From an uncultured Dehalococcoidales bacterium (lineage in GTDB: Bacteria; Chloroflexota; Dehalococcoidia; GIF9; AB-539-J10), in contig CAZDXE010000002.1 in the NCBI GenBank assembly GCA_964509565.1, forward strand, positions 1-63,096: a stretch of DNA of 63,096 bases. Direction: 5' to 3'. The notes below the pieces were generated by a model. It was not told the origin of the DNA. It did not search any database and saw only the letters and a list, made by a program, of their open reading frames with translations. Of this stretch, positions 35,734 to 45,669 are shown in pieces. How positions within the stretch are numbered: the stretch's first letter is position 1; each line of letters opens with the position of its first letter. The translations under genes and the position numbers were made by a program.

Positions 35734-36747
35734 ATGGCAACGAAAATAGGCATTAATGGTTTTGGACGCATTGGCAGATTAGCTCTCAAGACAATAAATG
35801 AGCGCTGTGCCGGCAAGTTGGAGGTAACAGCGGTGAATGACCTCACCGACGCCAAGACCAATGCACACCTTTTTAAATATGATAGTAGTTATGGCATCTA
35901 TCCAGGGAAAGTGGAGGCTAAAGGGAGCTCTATCGTAGTTGATGGCAAGGAGATAAAGGTTTTAGCCGAGCGCGACCCAGCTAAGATTCCCTGGCGGGAT
36001 TATGGTGTGGAGATTGTGATTGAATCCACAGGGCTTTTTACCCAGGCTGCCAGGGCTGCCAGCCATTTCCAGGGCGGTGCCAGGAAAGTGATTATTTCAG
36101 CGCCAGCCAAGGAGGAAGATGTAACCATTGTGCTCGGTGTCAACGAGAGCCAGTATGACCCAGCCAGACATAACATCATATCCAATGCCTCATGCACCAC
36201 TAACTGCTTCGCCCCTGTAGTGAAAGTGCTTCATCAGAATTTCGGAGTTAGTCGTGGGCTAATGACTACCATCCACTCCTATACCAACGACCAGAGGATT
36301 CTGGATGTGTTTCATCAAGATTTGCGCCGGGCACGAACCGCCGCTACCAATATCATACCTACTACCACTGGCGCCGCTCGTGTTGTAGGTGTGGTTATCC
36401 CAGAACTCCAGGGGAAATTACATGGCATCGCCATAAGGGTGCCTACACCTGCAGTATCGATTGTTGACTTTGTCGCTGATTTAAATAAACAGGTAAGCCC
36501 GGAAGAAATAAACCAGGCTTTCAAAAATGCTGCCAAGGAGGCAATGAGAGGAATTATTGAGTACTGCGATGAGCCACTGGTAAGCTCAGACTTCAAGGGT
36601 AATTCAGCCAGTGCCATTTTTGATTCTCTAAGCACTATGGTTATGGACGGTAGCATGGTAAAGGTGTTAGCCTGGTACGATAATGAGTGGGGTTACAGCT
36701 GCCGTATCGCTGACCTGGCTGCTTATATCGCAGGTAAAAGCTTATAA
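35734..36747 (+). CDS. gap: Type I glyceraldehyde-3-phosphate dehydrogenase
   Basis: 337 aa. [27 protein letters not shown]. Confidence 0.98.
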   Translation: MATKIGINGFGRIGRLALKTINERCAGKLEVTAVNDLTDAKTNAHLFKYDSSYGIYPGKVEAKGSSIVVDGKEIKVLAERDPAKIPWRDYGVEIVIESTGLFTQAARAASHFQGGARKVIISAPAKEEDVTIVLGVNESQYDPARHNIISNASCTTNCFAPVVKVLHQNFGVSRGLMTTIHSYTNDQRILDVFHQDLRRARTAATNIIPTTTGAARVVGVVIPELQGKLHGIAIRVPTPAVSIVDFVADLNKQVSPEEINQAFKNAAKEAMRGIIEYCDEPLVSSDFKGNSASAIFDSLSTMVMDGSMVKVLAWYDNEWGYSCRIADLAAYIAGKSL

Positions 36748-36812
36748 CTATAGATGTACGAATTTTATGCTGGAGCTATAAAACACGCTAAATTAGATGA
36801 AGGAGGTAAAAC

Positions 36813-37313
36813 ATGTTTTGTTCTAAATGTGGCACTGAAAATCCCGCGGGAGCTAGTCTTTGCTCCAAGTGCGGCGCAACCCTTGGCACTGAGGCTACCC
36901 CTGTGAAAACAGCGGGAAAATCCCCTGAAACCAGCGCCGGATTAGCTCCTAACATTGCGGGGCTTCTTTGCTATATTGGTCTTTGGATTTCAGGGATAGT
37001 TTTCCTGGTAATTGAGAAAAAGAGTAAATTTGTTAAATTTCATGCATGGCAATCCATTATGACTTTTGGTATATTAAGCGTGGCGCAAATCGTTATATCA
37101 GGAATTAGTTCTGCTATCATTGCTGTCACTTCTTCGGTCTTTCTTCCCATATTTGCGTTTGGCTTCATTACTGTCGCGGGGATACTCAGCTGGATTATTT
37201 GGGTTTTGACGACCATTTTATGGATTATCCTGATGATCCAGGCATGGAATGGCAAGATGTGGAAGCTACCATGGGTAGGCAATTGGGCTGAGAAACAAGC
37301 GAACAAGGTGTAA
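36813..37313 (+). CDS. Zinc-ribbon plus DUF4870-like membrane protein
   Basis: 166 aa. N-terminal FCSKCGTENPAGASLCSKCG followed by 3-4 TM helices (LLCYIGLWISGIVFLVIEKKSKFVKFHAWQS). GGAGG RBS. Confidence 0.7.
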   Translation: MFCSKCGTENPAGASLCSKCGATLGTEATPVKTAGKSPETSAGLAPNIAGLLCYIGLWISGIVFLVIEKKSKFVKFHAWQSIMTFGILSVAQIVISGISSAIIAVTSSVFLPIFAFGFITVAGILSWIIWVLTTILWIILMIQAWNGKMWKLPWVGNWAEKQANKV

Positions 37314-37463
37314 TACCAGACACCACCAGCCTTATAACAAAAGATTACTCGGCAGGGATTTCGGTTCATGTCTTAAGTTCTTGCGAGGGCAACGGATTTC
37401 ACAAAGGGGCTGAAGTTCGTTGTTCTTGCTTACATCCTGACAACAAATGAGCACTTACCAATA

Positions 37464-37486
37464 AACTTTTTCTTCCCCTTTACGTT
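37464..37486 (+). promoter_or_regulatory. Candidate ECF-type promoter (AAC-N16-CGTT) upstream of the ECF sigma gene
   Basis: ataAAC at 37464-66, a 16-nt spacer, CGTT at 37483-86, 26 nt before the ATG. A sigma-70 type TATAAT (37493-98) is an alternative reading. Confidence 0.3.
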
Positions 37487-37511
37487 TTCCTATATAATAG
37501 ACACCGAACAG

Positions 37512-38051
37512 ATGTCTATTGAAAAGGATATAGTATCCCGAGCCAAAAAGGGTGATGGGGCAGCCTTTGCTCAGCTTTATGAAGAGCATCTTGATAGGAT
37601 TTATCGCTATGTCTATCTCAAAGTGGGAAACCGGACTGAAGCTGAGGATTTAACTCAGGAGGTATTCGTTAAAGCATTGGAGGCGATTACAACTTACAAA
37701 TGGCGAAACTTGCCTTTCAGCTCCTGGTTATTCCGCATTGCACATAATCTGGTGGTCGATTATTTCAGGAAACAGGGAAAGGTAGAAAAGGTAGCCTTAG
37801 ATGATGATATAGTTTTGCCCAGCAAATCAAATCCAGCGCTTACAGCAGAACTAGCACTTGAAATCGAGGCTTTGGCCAAAGATATAGAAAATTTATCCCC
37901 AGCTCAACGTGAGGTGATTTTACTCCGTTTTAGTGCTGAGCTTTCTACCGCGGAGGTAGCCAGCTTTCTAGCAAAAAACACAGGCACAGTGAAAGCTTTA
38001 CAACATAATGCCATAGTAGCATTAAGAAAAATGTCGTCGAGTGACAAATAA
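37512..38051 (+). CDS. ECF (group 4) sigma-70 family RNA polymerase sigma factor
   Basis: 179 aa. Region 2 (IYRYVYLKVGNRTEAEDLTQEVF...WLFRIAHN) and region 4 (QREVILLRF...STAEVA). Confidence 0.92.
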   Translation: MSIEKDIVSRAKKGDGAAFAQLYEEHLDRIYRYVYLKVGNRTEAEDLTQEVFVKALEAITTYKWRNLPFSSWLFRIAHNLVVDYFRKQGKVEKVALDDDIVLPSKSNPALTAELALEIEALAKDIENLSPAQREVILLRFSAELSTAEVASFLAKNTGTVKALQHNAIVALRKMSSSDK

Positions 38052-38054
38052 AAC

Positions 38055-38882
38055 ATGAATCAGAAGTTAGAAGATATCCTCGATAAATGCCTGGGACAGA
38101 TGCTCGATGGTGAAAGCATTGAGGCTTGTCTCAATGCTTATCCTGAGCAAGCATCTGAGCTGGCGCCTTTACTCAAAACCAGTCGTGCCTTTATTCGAAA
38201 TTCTTCAGCAATTCAGCCTGCTCCTGAATTTAAGGCAAGGGTTCATTCACGGCTTCGGGCAATGTCCTATGCCAAACAGGAAAAAGCGGAAAGAAGTAAG
38301 AGAACTCCTGCCTGGCACAGAAAGTGGTTACTAGCTATAGCTAGCGTTTTAGTTGTTCTGCTTGTTAGTGTGGGAACAGTTGCTGCTTCAACAAGTGCTT
38401 TGCCTGGTAAGTCTCTTTACCCTATCAAGTTAGCAGGGGAACAGGTGCGGCTCACATTAGCATTCTCAGACATAGACAAGGCAAAGCTTCATATCCAGTT
38501 CTCTGAACGGAGAGTAATAGAAATTGCCGAAATGGCAAGTCAGGGGAAAAATGATACAATTTTCGCATTGACCGGGCAATTTATTAACCATCTACAGCAG
38601 GTAAACGAGATTGACAATGTAGATGAACTCATGGGGAATGGAGTAAAAGCACCGGCTGCAACTTCCACTCTCCCTGAAGAGACAGAGGCCTTTGATGAAA
38701 GAGGGAACAAAGAGGAACTAAGGATAATGTTAAGCAATAGCCGTGAAGAAAGTCTATTAGCGCTAGAAAATGCTTTAGAAAAGGCTCCCCAATCAACTAA
38801 GGCCAACTTACAACAAGCCATCGAGATTGCAACAAGAGAGTATGATAAAGCACTCTATAATTTAGAAAAACACTCGAATTGA
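38055..38882 (+). CDS. Anti-sigma factor-like membrane protein (DUF5667-like extracytoplasmic domain)
   Basis: 275 aa. Starts 4 nt after the sigma gene. Cytoplasmic N-terminus, a single TM (WLLAIASVLVVLLVSVGTVAA), then LYPIKLAGEQVRL... helical repeats. Confidence 0.7.
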   Translation: MNQKLEDILDKCLGQMLDGESIEACLNAYPEQASELAPLLKTSRAFIRNSSAIQPAPEFKARVHSRLRAMSYAKQEKAERSKRTPAWHRKWLLAIASVLVVLLVSVGTVAASTSALPGKSLYPIKLAGEQVRLTLAFSDIDKAKLHIQFSERRVIEIAEMASQGKNDTIFALTGQFINHLQQVNEIDNVDELMGNGVKAPAATSTLPEETEAFDERGNKEELRIMLSNSREESLLALENALEKAPQSTKANLQQAIEIATREYDKALYNLEKHSN

Positions 38883-38932
38883 TGTTTAGCAATAGCTCTT
38901 TTAGAGATGGCATCATGGGGAGTATAATATAG

Positions 38933-40510
38933 ATGACAATGGGCTCTGAAGTTATTTATCGCAAGTGGCGCCCACAGACTTTAGCAGAAGTGGTGGGGCA
39001 AGAGCCAGTAACCCAGACCTTGCGCCACGCAGTAGAGAGTAAGAAAGTAGCCCATGCTTATCTTTTTTGTGGCCCTCGAGGTACAGGAAAAACCAGCACC
39101 GCACGCATCTTAGCTAAGGCAGTTAACTGCCCCCAGCAAGCACACGGTGAGTCATGTAACACTTGCAATATGTGCCGCTCAATTACCGAAGGCAAAGCTC
39201 TGGATGTCATAGAGATAGATGCTGCTAGCAACCGTGGGATTGACGATATTCGCAGCCTCAGGGAGAAGGTGAATTATGCCCCCAGCCTTGCTCCATATAA
39301 GGTGTATATCATAGATGAAGTCCACATGCTTACTGAGGCAGCTTCTAACGCCTTGCTTAAAACCCTGGAGGAACCACCTCCCTGTATAGTTTTTGTTTTA
39401 GCCACCACAGAACCACATAAAGTACTACCTACTATCACATCGAGATGCCAGCGATTCAATTTCCACAGACTATCTCAAACAGCAATAGCAGGTAAACTGC
39501 AACTAATCTGCCAGAGAGAGGGCTTTAATATCGAAACCGAACCACTCAAAGTTATTGCCCATGCAGCTACAGGAAGCCTGCGCGATGCCGAAAATATATT
39601 ACAGCAATTACTTGCTTATTATGGCAACCAGATTAACTTAGACCAGGTTCAAACAGCACTAGGATTAAGCAGTGCTCACGAGGTTAAGCAATTAGCAAGA
39701 CATATTGTTAATAAAGACATTCCCGCTGGCCTGCAGGTCATAAATAGCGTCAATAGCGAAGGCATCGACTTTCGCCAATTTAACCAGGAGCTAGTAAAAT
39801 ATCTCCGAGGATTATTGTTGACTAAATCTCAATGCGAAGAGGTGATAGATGCTACGAGCGAAGACTCAGCTGAAATGAAAAAACTTGCTGCTGCTAGCAC
39901 ATTGGAATATTTGCTCAGGGCAACCAAACTTTTCTCCAATGCAGACTTCCGCAGCGATAATTATAGCACCTTGTCTCTAGAATTAGCTTTGGTAGAATGT
40001 GCCCTGCCTTCGATAGCTGAACAGGAGAAGCCACCACCCCCTGCACCCCCAGAAATAAATAAAACCCCTGAATCACCGCAGGAGCCAGCACAGGCAACTC
40101 AAGAAGCTAAGGTTCCTGTGGAGGTAACCAGCACTGAGATTTCACACCTGGAAGTTCCTCAAAATATTGATGACATGCGCAGTCAGTGGCGGGAATTCAT
40201 TCGATCTTTGCATGGAGAGGGTTCTAACGGCCATCTGGACGCTCTCCTGCGCAGTGCCTGTGAACCAATATCCCTTGAGGACAATATCCTGACATTAGGA
40301 TTTTATTATCCTTTCCATAAAGAAAAGATTGAAGACCCTAAATACCGACACCTGATAGAAAGAAAACTTAAGGAAATTTTTAATCAGACGTACAAGATAA
40401 AATGTACCCTGGTCGACCATAAAAAGGAACTGCCATCCCAACAACCAGGAGAACAAAATTATTTGATTGAAGCTGCCCTGGAAATGGGAGCCCGTATCAT
40501 TGATCAGTGA
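38933..40510 (+). CDS. dnaX: DNA polymerase III subunit gamma/tau
   Basis: 525 aa. YRKWRPQTLAEVVGQE, GPRGTGKTS, Zn module C..C..C..C, SRC motif ITSRCQRF. Confidence 0.96.
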   Translation: MTMGSEVIYRKWRPQTLAEVVGQEPVTQTLRHAVESKKVAHAYLFCGPRGTGKTSTARILAKAVNCPQQAHGESCNTCNMCRSITEGKALDVIEIDAASNRGIDDIRSLREKVNYAPSLAPYKVYIIDEVHMLTEAASNALLKTLEEPPPCIVFVLATTEPHKVLPTITSRCQRFNFHRLSQTAIAGKLQLICQREGFNIETEPLKVIAHAATGSLRDAENILQQLLAYYGNQINLDQVQTALGLSSAHEVKQLARHIVNKDIPAGLQVINSVNSEGIDFRQFNQELVKYLRGLLLTKSQCEEVIDATSEDSAEMKKLAAASTLEYLLRATKLFSNADFRSDNYSTLSLELALVECALPSIAEQEKPPPPAPPEINKTPESPQEPAQATQEAKVPVEVTSTEISHLEVPQNIDDMRSQWREFIRSLHGEGSNGHLDALLRSACEPISLEDNILTLGFYYPFHKEKIEDPKYRHLIERKLKEIFNQTYKIKCTLVDHKKELPSQQPGEQNYLIEAALEMGARIIDQ

Positions 40511-40526
40511 TTATAAGGAGAGATTG

Positions 40527-41129
40527 ATGGTTTCTTGCGAACCGATAGCCAGATTAATTGAAGCATTTAATAAATTGCCAGGGATAGGTCCTAAAAGTGC
40601 TCAACGCTTAGTTTATTATTTACTACGCAGGCCGGATGAAGAAGCTCAAACTTTAGCCGATGCTCTTGTGGCTCTGAAGGAGAAAATAGGTCTTTGCTCA
40701 GTTTGTTTTAATATTACTACTACTGATTGTGACCCATGCCCCATTTGCCAGGATGAGGAGCGCGACCATTCCAAAATTTGTGTTGTCGAGAGACCATCAG
40801 ATATCCTTCCGCTTGAACGAACTGGAAAGTATAAAGGTGTTTACCACGTGCTTCATGGAGTTGTGAGGCCTGCGCAAGGAATAGGGCCTGAAGAGTTGAA
40901 GACAAAGGAACTTTTATCCCGTCTTAAAAACAATTCGGTAACGGAGATAATCCTGGCAACCAACCCTAATCTAGAAGGTGAAACCACTGCTATGTATCTC
41001 CGACGGATAATACTCCCTTTGGGTATTCACATTACCCGCTTAGCTCGAGGTTTGCCATTTGGTGCTGACCTGGAATACGCTGATGACATGACCTTAGGTC
41101 AGGCTCTTGAAAGCAGACAGGAATTCTAA
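40527..41129 (+). CDS. recR: Recombination protein RecR
   Basis: 200 aa from ATG 40527. LIEAFNKLPGIGPKSAQRL, a C4 finger and a Toprim domain. No ybaB lies between dnaX and recR. Confidence 0.95.
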   Translation: MVSCEPIARLIEAFNKLPGIGPKSAQRLVYYLLRRPDEEAQTLADALVALKEKIGLCSVCFNITTTDCDPCPICQDEERDHSKICVVERPSDILPLERTGKYKGVYHVLHGVVRPAQGIGPEELKTKELLSRLKNNSVTEIILATNPNLEGETTAMYLRRIILPLGIHITRLARGLPFGADLEYADDMTLGQALESRQEF

Positions 41130-41139
41130 AAAGCCTTTT

Positions 41140-41898
41140 ATGAGCACAGCACGGAATTATCAAACTCAAGCCGTTATCATCAAGCAAATCAAGTTTAGCG
41201 AAGTTGATAAGATTCTTATTATTTACACTCCAGAATTTGGCAAGCTGAAAGCGATAGCTAAGGGAGCTTACCGCCCAGGAAGCAAGTTAGGCGGTAATGT
41301 AGAGCCTTTAACCCATAGTTTGATGATGCTAGCCAGGGGACGCAACTTCGACATTGTCACTCAAAGCCAAACTATCGATGGTTTCATAGCCTTGAAAAAC
41401 GACCTATGGCATACCTCTTGTGGCCTTTATATTGTGGACCTCATTGATTCCTTTACCGTGGAGAATGACAGGAACCCTCCCTTGTTCAATTTGTTAATCA
41501 ATGCTCTGCATCATTTATGCCAAACTGATGACAGCGAAATCATATTACGTTATTTTGAACTTCATTTTCTCCACCATCTTGGCTACCAGCCCCAATTACA
41601 TCAATGTGTCGCCTGTAATTCGCCACTCATGCCGGTAGTTAACTTTTTTAGTTTTAATCAAGGTGGAATCCTATGCCCTAATTGTAGCAACAAGGAAGCT
41701 GCGCCTTATCCCCTTTCTGTTGACGCTTTGAAAATTCTCCGTTTATGGCAAAATTCTGATTACGCCACTGCGAGACGTGTTAAAATAAAACCGAAATTAT
41801 CTTCACAGTTGAGACAAGTGATGCAGAATTACATAAAATACCTCTTACAACGAGAGGTGAAATCAATGATATGGCTGCAAAAGTTAAGGGAGAGTTGA
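41140..41898 (+). CDS. recO: DNA repair protein RecO
   Basis: 252 aa from ATG 41140. OB-fold N-terminus and the Zn finger CVACNSPL...CPNC. Confidence 0.9.
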   Translation: MSTARNYQTQAVIIKQIKFSEVDKILIIYTPEFGKLKAIAKGAYRPGSKLGGNVEPLTHSLMMLARGRNFDIVTQSQTIDGFIALKNDLWHTSCGLYIVDLIDSFTVENDRNPPLFNLLINALHHLCQTDDSEIILRYFELHFLHHLGYQPQLHQCVACNSPLMPVVNFFSFNQGGILCPNCSNKEAAPYPLSVDALKILRLWQNSDYATARRVKIKPKLSSQLRQVMQNYIKYLLQREVKSMIWLQKLRES

Positions 41899-42034
41899 CA
41901 ACAACCCACCAAAGAAACTAAAATCCCCTCCGTGATTAGACTTAGTATATTTGTGTTGCTAAGTAGTTTAAATTTAGATACCAGTTGTCGTTTTAAAGCG
42001 AGTCGTAAGCTTATGCTCTATCTTTGAGCTAAAA

Positions 42035-42066
42035 TTCATCCTCTAAGAAGATGAACTAAATTTTTG
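42035..42066 (+). terminator. Weak candidate intrinsic terminator after recO
   Basis: TTCATC (42035-40) and GATGAA (42050-55) form a stem with a 9-nt loop, followed by ctaaaTTTTTgtt. The stem is AT-rich, so it is weak. Confidence 0.3.
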
Positions 42067-42085
42067 TTACAGAGAAGGTGTAAAA

Positions 42086-42742
42086 ATGTACTTTATAATA
42101 GCGGGCTTAAGTAGCACAGGGAAAAGCCTTGCCGGGTTTCTTGTCAAGGAAGGGAATGAAGTGGTAATTGTAGATCCGGATGAAGCAAGGTGTGCTGAAT
42201 GGGCAACAGGTTCTGACGCCATGGTAATAATAGGTAATGCTACCCAAAAATCAGTCCTGGAGGAAGCCAGAGTTAAGAATGCAAATGCTTTAATTGCCTT
42301 GACCAATGATGACTCAGATAATTTAATGATTTGCATGACCGCCAGGGAAATGGGAGCAAAGAAAGTAATTTCTCTGATAAATGACGTAGCGCATGTGGAA
42401 ACTTTTAAACAAGCAGACATTGATTTCCAGATTAAGCCCTATGATATAATAGCGCAACATATCTGCAAGATGATTTTACAACCTTACGTAAAACATTTTC
42501 TTCCTTTCGAGAGAGCGGAAATTTTTGAAATAGAAATTGATGATGGCATGAATTGTGTGGGCAAGAAAATTTCAGAAATAGGAAATCCAAATGGGACGAA
42601 AATTCTGGTAGTAGAACGGCAAGAAAAATATTTAACCGATGATGTTAGAATAGAACCTAAAGATTGGTTGACTCTCATTGTAGGCCAAAAGTCTGCAAAG
42701 CAGGGAGCCGCGTTTATGGATAAATGTTTTACCAAAGGGTAA
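42086..42742 (+). CDS. trkA: Trk/Ktr potassium uptake system, NAD-binding (RCK) subunit
   Basis: 218 aa. IIAGLSSTGKSLA Rossmann N-terminus plus an RCK-C domain. Confidence 0.88.
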   Translation: MYFIIAGLSSTGKSLAGFLVKEGNEVVIVDPDEARCAEWATGSDAMVIIGNATQKSVLEEARVKNANALIALTNDDSDNLMICMTAREMGAKKVISLINDVAHVETFKQADIDFQIKPYDIIAQHICKMILQPYVKHFLPFERAEIFEIEIDDGMNCVGKKISEIGNPNGTKILVVERQEKYLTDDVRIEPKDWLTLIVGQKSAKQGAAFMDKCFTKG

Positions 42743-44145
42743 GATTAACGCTACACACCATCGGTTCAATTCTAAGATACCTCTCTTTAAGCTATATTAT
42801 CCCCTTATTAGTAGCTCTCTACTATGATGAAGATTGGCATATTTTTTTATATTCACTACTGCTAACTTTAGCTATCGGCCTATTATTTGAGTTCGGATTT
42901 AAAACTACAAGGGAAATAGAACGCGCCGATAGCTTTTCTATAGTGTCATTCGCATGGCTTCTTGTGCCACTCCTTGGTGCGGTCCCCTACATGTTTTTGG
43001 GCTGGAATTTCCTCAATGCCTTTTTTGAATCCATGTCTGGTTTCACTACTACTGGTGCCACCATACTGGAAAAAGTAGAGGTTTTACCTCAAAGCGCCCT
43101 CCTATGGCGTAGCCTTACCCAATGGCTGGGTGGAATGGGAGTAATAGGCCTTTTTGTCGCTATTCTGCCAAAATTAGGAGTGGGAGGTTCTCAGCTCTTC
43201 GCGCGGGAATTCCCCGGCCCCATGCCCGAAAAACTTCGCCCCAGAATTAGAACCACGGCAAAACTCCTTTGGGAAATTTACACTGGCTTCACTTTCGCTG
43301 AGATAGCACTCCTTTATTTTCTGGCTAAACTCCCCTTTTTCGACTCAGCCTGTATCTCCCTCTGCACTCTCCCCACCGGCGGATTCACCCCTACTACGAC
43401 AAGCATCGCAGCCTATGCTAATCCCCTGGCTGAATATATCATCATGGCCTTCATGCTCCTGGCTGGCACAAACTTCATAATTCATTACCAGGTTTTAAGG
43501 GGAAACTTCAAAATACTTAAAGATGAGGAGTTCAGGCTTTACTTACTTTTCTTAATGTTAGGTGCCTCATTATTAATCCTTTCTCAGGGCCTTAGCTCAT
43601 ATAGATATAGCTTCTTTCAATCAGTCTCGATTATGACCACTACTGGCTTCGTTACTTGTAATTTTGGGCTGTGGCATCCTGGTGCCAGAATGGTGCTTTT
43701 AGCTTTAATGCTTATTGGCGGTTGTGGTGGCTCCACAGGGGGAGCGATAAAAGTAGTGCGACTTTTGACCCTGCTGAAGCATAGCAGGATGATGATGAGA
43801 AAAGCTATTTCGCCCAAAGCTGTAATCCCAGTTAAATACAACCAGAAACCCCTCTCAGATGAGATAATTCGAGATATAATTTCCTTTCTTTTCCTTTACC
43901 TGATTGTGGCGGCTGTAGCTTCCATAACACTCGGTTTAATGGGATTTGACCTGGAAACATCACTTTCAGCGATAGCTGCTACTTTAGGGAATGTAGGGCC
44001 TGGACTGGGTGCGGTAGGCCCAGCACTAAATTATGCACGGTTTCCCGCAGCAGGGAAAATACTCTTAATTATCTGTATGTGGTTAGGTAGATTGGAAATA
44101 TTTACTGTCTTGATGATATTTTTGCCTCGCTTCTGGAGAGGGTAA
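42724..44145 (+). CDS. trkH: TrkH/KtrB family potassium transporter membrane subunit
   Basis: 473 aa. Repeated pore motifs SGFTTTGAT, PTGGFTP, MTTTGF, GGCGGSTGGAIK. Confidence 0.92.
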   Translation: MFYQRVRLTLHTIGSILRYLSLSYIIPLLVALYYDEDWHIFLYSLLLTLAIGLLFEFGFKTTREIERADSFSIVSFAWLLVPLLGAVPYMFLGWNFLNAFFESMSGFTTTGATILEKVEVLPQSALLWRSLTQWLGGMGVIGLFVAILPKLGVGGSQLFAREFPGPMPEKLRPRIRTTAKLLWEIYTGFTFAEIALLYFLAKLPFFDSACISLCTLPTGGFTPTTTSIAAYANPLAEYIIMAFMLLAGTNFIIHYQVLRGNFKILKDEEFRLYLLFLMLGASLLILSQGLSSYRYSFFQSVSIMTTTGFVTCNFGLWHPGARMVLLALMLIGGCGGSTGGAIKVVRLLTLLKHSRMMMRKAISPKAVIPVKYNQKPLSDEIIRDIISFLFLYLIVAAVASITLGLMGFDLETSLSAIAATLGNVGPGLGAVGPALNYARFPAAGKILLIICMWLGRLEIFTVLMIFLPRFWRG

Positions 44146-44189
44146 TTTCCAGTGGAAAGGCGGGAATAACCAAGCTATACTTTAGGTAA

Positions 44190-45008
44190 ATTACAAACAT
44201 CGCTTTTCAGGGAGAAAGAGGAGCTTTTAGTGAAGATGCTGCTATAAAGCTTTTTGGGGAAGACATTGACTTTTTACCTTGTGCTCATCTTCGGAATGTC
44301 TTTCAATCTGTGTTAAAAGACGATGTTAGTTTTGGTATAATTCCTATAGAAAACTCTCAAGCTGGCAGTATCAATGAGGCATACGATTTACTATTAGCAT
44401 ACCCCCTTAATGTGTTCGCTGAAGTTATTCTCAGGATAAGTCATTGTTTGATGGCTCTGCCAGGCGAAAAACTGGCTGACATAAAGGCAGTTTATTCTCA
44501 TCCACAAGCCCTGGCTCAATGTGAGGAGTTTTTAACCAGATTAACCGCCAAAATTGTGCCTTACTACGATACCGCAGGCAGCGCCAAAATGATAAAGGAA
44601 AGCCAATGCAGAGAGTTTGCTGCGATAGCTAGTCAGAGAGCTGCTGATATCTATGGATTAGAGATATTGGTGCCAAGAATTGAAACTAACATCAACAATT
44701 ACACCAGATTCGTTGCTATCTCCAGGGAAAAAGCCAAGCTACATGAAGGGAGCAAGACCTCTCTTGTTTTTTCCGCTAAGCATGTATCCGGAGCACTGTA
44801 TAAAATATTAGGCATTTTTGCTACTAGAAATATAAACCTGACAAAATTAGAATCCAGACCAAGCAAGACTAAACCATGGGAGTATATTTTTTACGTTGAC
44901 TTTGAAGGGCCCACCGATAGCGAAATTTACCGAGAAGCGATAAAGGAGCTTCACGACGAAGCTGCTTTTGTTAAGATACTGGGGTCTTACCCCCAAGCCA
45001 GACAATAG
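44190..45008 (+). CDS. pheA: Prephenate dehydratase (PDT plus ACT domains); conserved N-terminus lacks an ATG/GTG/TTG start
   Basis: The track ORF starts at GTG 44310. However, the in-frame upstream 40 codons encode ITNIAFQGERGAFSEDAAIKLFGEDIDFLPCAHLRNVFQS, the conserved PDT N-terminus, directly after stop 44187-89. The only near-cognate starts are ATT 44190 and ATC 44199. The ACT domain ESRPSK motif is present. Confidence 0.8.
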   Translation: MTNIAFQGERGAFSEDAAIKLFGEDIDFLPCAHLRNVFQSVLKDDVSFGIIPIENSQAGSINEAYDLLLAYPLNVFAEVILRISHCLMALPGEKLADIKAVYSHPQALAQCEEFLTRLTAKIVPYYDTAGSAKMIKESQCREFAAIASQRAADIYGLEILVPRIETNINNYTRFVAISREKAKLHEGSKTSLVFSAKHVSGALYKILGIFATRNINLTKLESRPSKTKPWEYIFYVDFEGPTDSEIYREAIKELHDEAAFVKILGSYPQARQ

Positions 45009-45485
45009 CTATGTCAGCCTCACCTTCAACTTTTCATATGTTGCAGCTAGAGCCTCCGCTATAACTCTTGTACTGGAGAGTACAGTCATAAAATTAGAGT
45101 CTCCCTGCCATCGAGGCACTATATGCGTATGGAGATGATCCTCTATCCCAGCTCCAGCAACTTTACCTATATTCAAGCCAATATTGAAACCTGCAGGTTT
45201 CAATGCTTCCATTAAAATTTTTACGGCTCTTTTAACAATATCAAAGTGCTCTTTCGCTTCATCATCTGTTAGCTCTTGTAAATTTGCTATATGGCGATAA
45301 GGGACTACCATCAGATGCCCAGAAATATATGGGAAAGCATTTAAAATTATGAAATTGCTTTGGCCACGATAAAGGATAAAATTCTCTTCGTCGTTATTTT
45401 CTTTGGGCTTTTGACAAAGAATGCAACCATTCGCCTTCGGTTTTTCTATATATTCCATTCTCCATGGTGCCCAAATTTGTTCCAT
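45009..45485 (-). CDS. HIT family protein (Ap4A phosphorylase/GalT-like branch)
   Basis: 158 aa. CILCQ, and the histidine triad HLHTHIVPRW. Confidence 0.88.
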   Translation of the reverse strand: MEQIWAPWRMEYIEKPKANGCILCQKPKENNDEENFILYRGQSNFIILNAFPYISGHLMVVPYRHIANLQELTDDEAKEHFDIVKRAVKILMEALKPAGFNIGLNIGKVAGAGIEDHLHTHIVPRWQGDSNFMTVLSSTRVIAEALAATYEKLKVRLT

Positions 45486-45611
45486 CTGCGTTGTTTGATT
45501 TTATACTGCTTTCAAGTTAACTGCAACAGCCCATCGGTCAAGCAAATTCATTAAGGAGCTATTAAATCTCAGGCACGCTCTCAGGATATTAATTGGCTTC
45601 TTAATCAAGGG

Positions 45612-45643
45612 GGCAAAACAGCCTGTCTCGGAACACGAGAGGC
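45612..45643 (-). terminator. Candidate intrinsic terminator of rpoD
   Basis: On the minus strand the hairpin GCCTCTCG-tgttc-CGAGACAGGC (5 bp, a 2-nt bulge, then 3 bp) is followed by TGTTTTG. It lies 27 nt after the rpoD stop. Confidence 0.5.
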
Positions 45644-45669
45644 ATGCTTAATACGTTCACTAAATCAGC

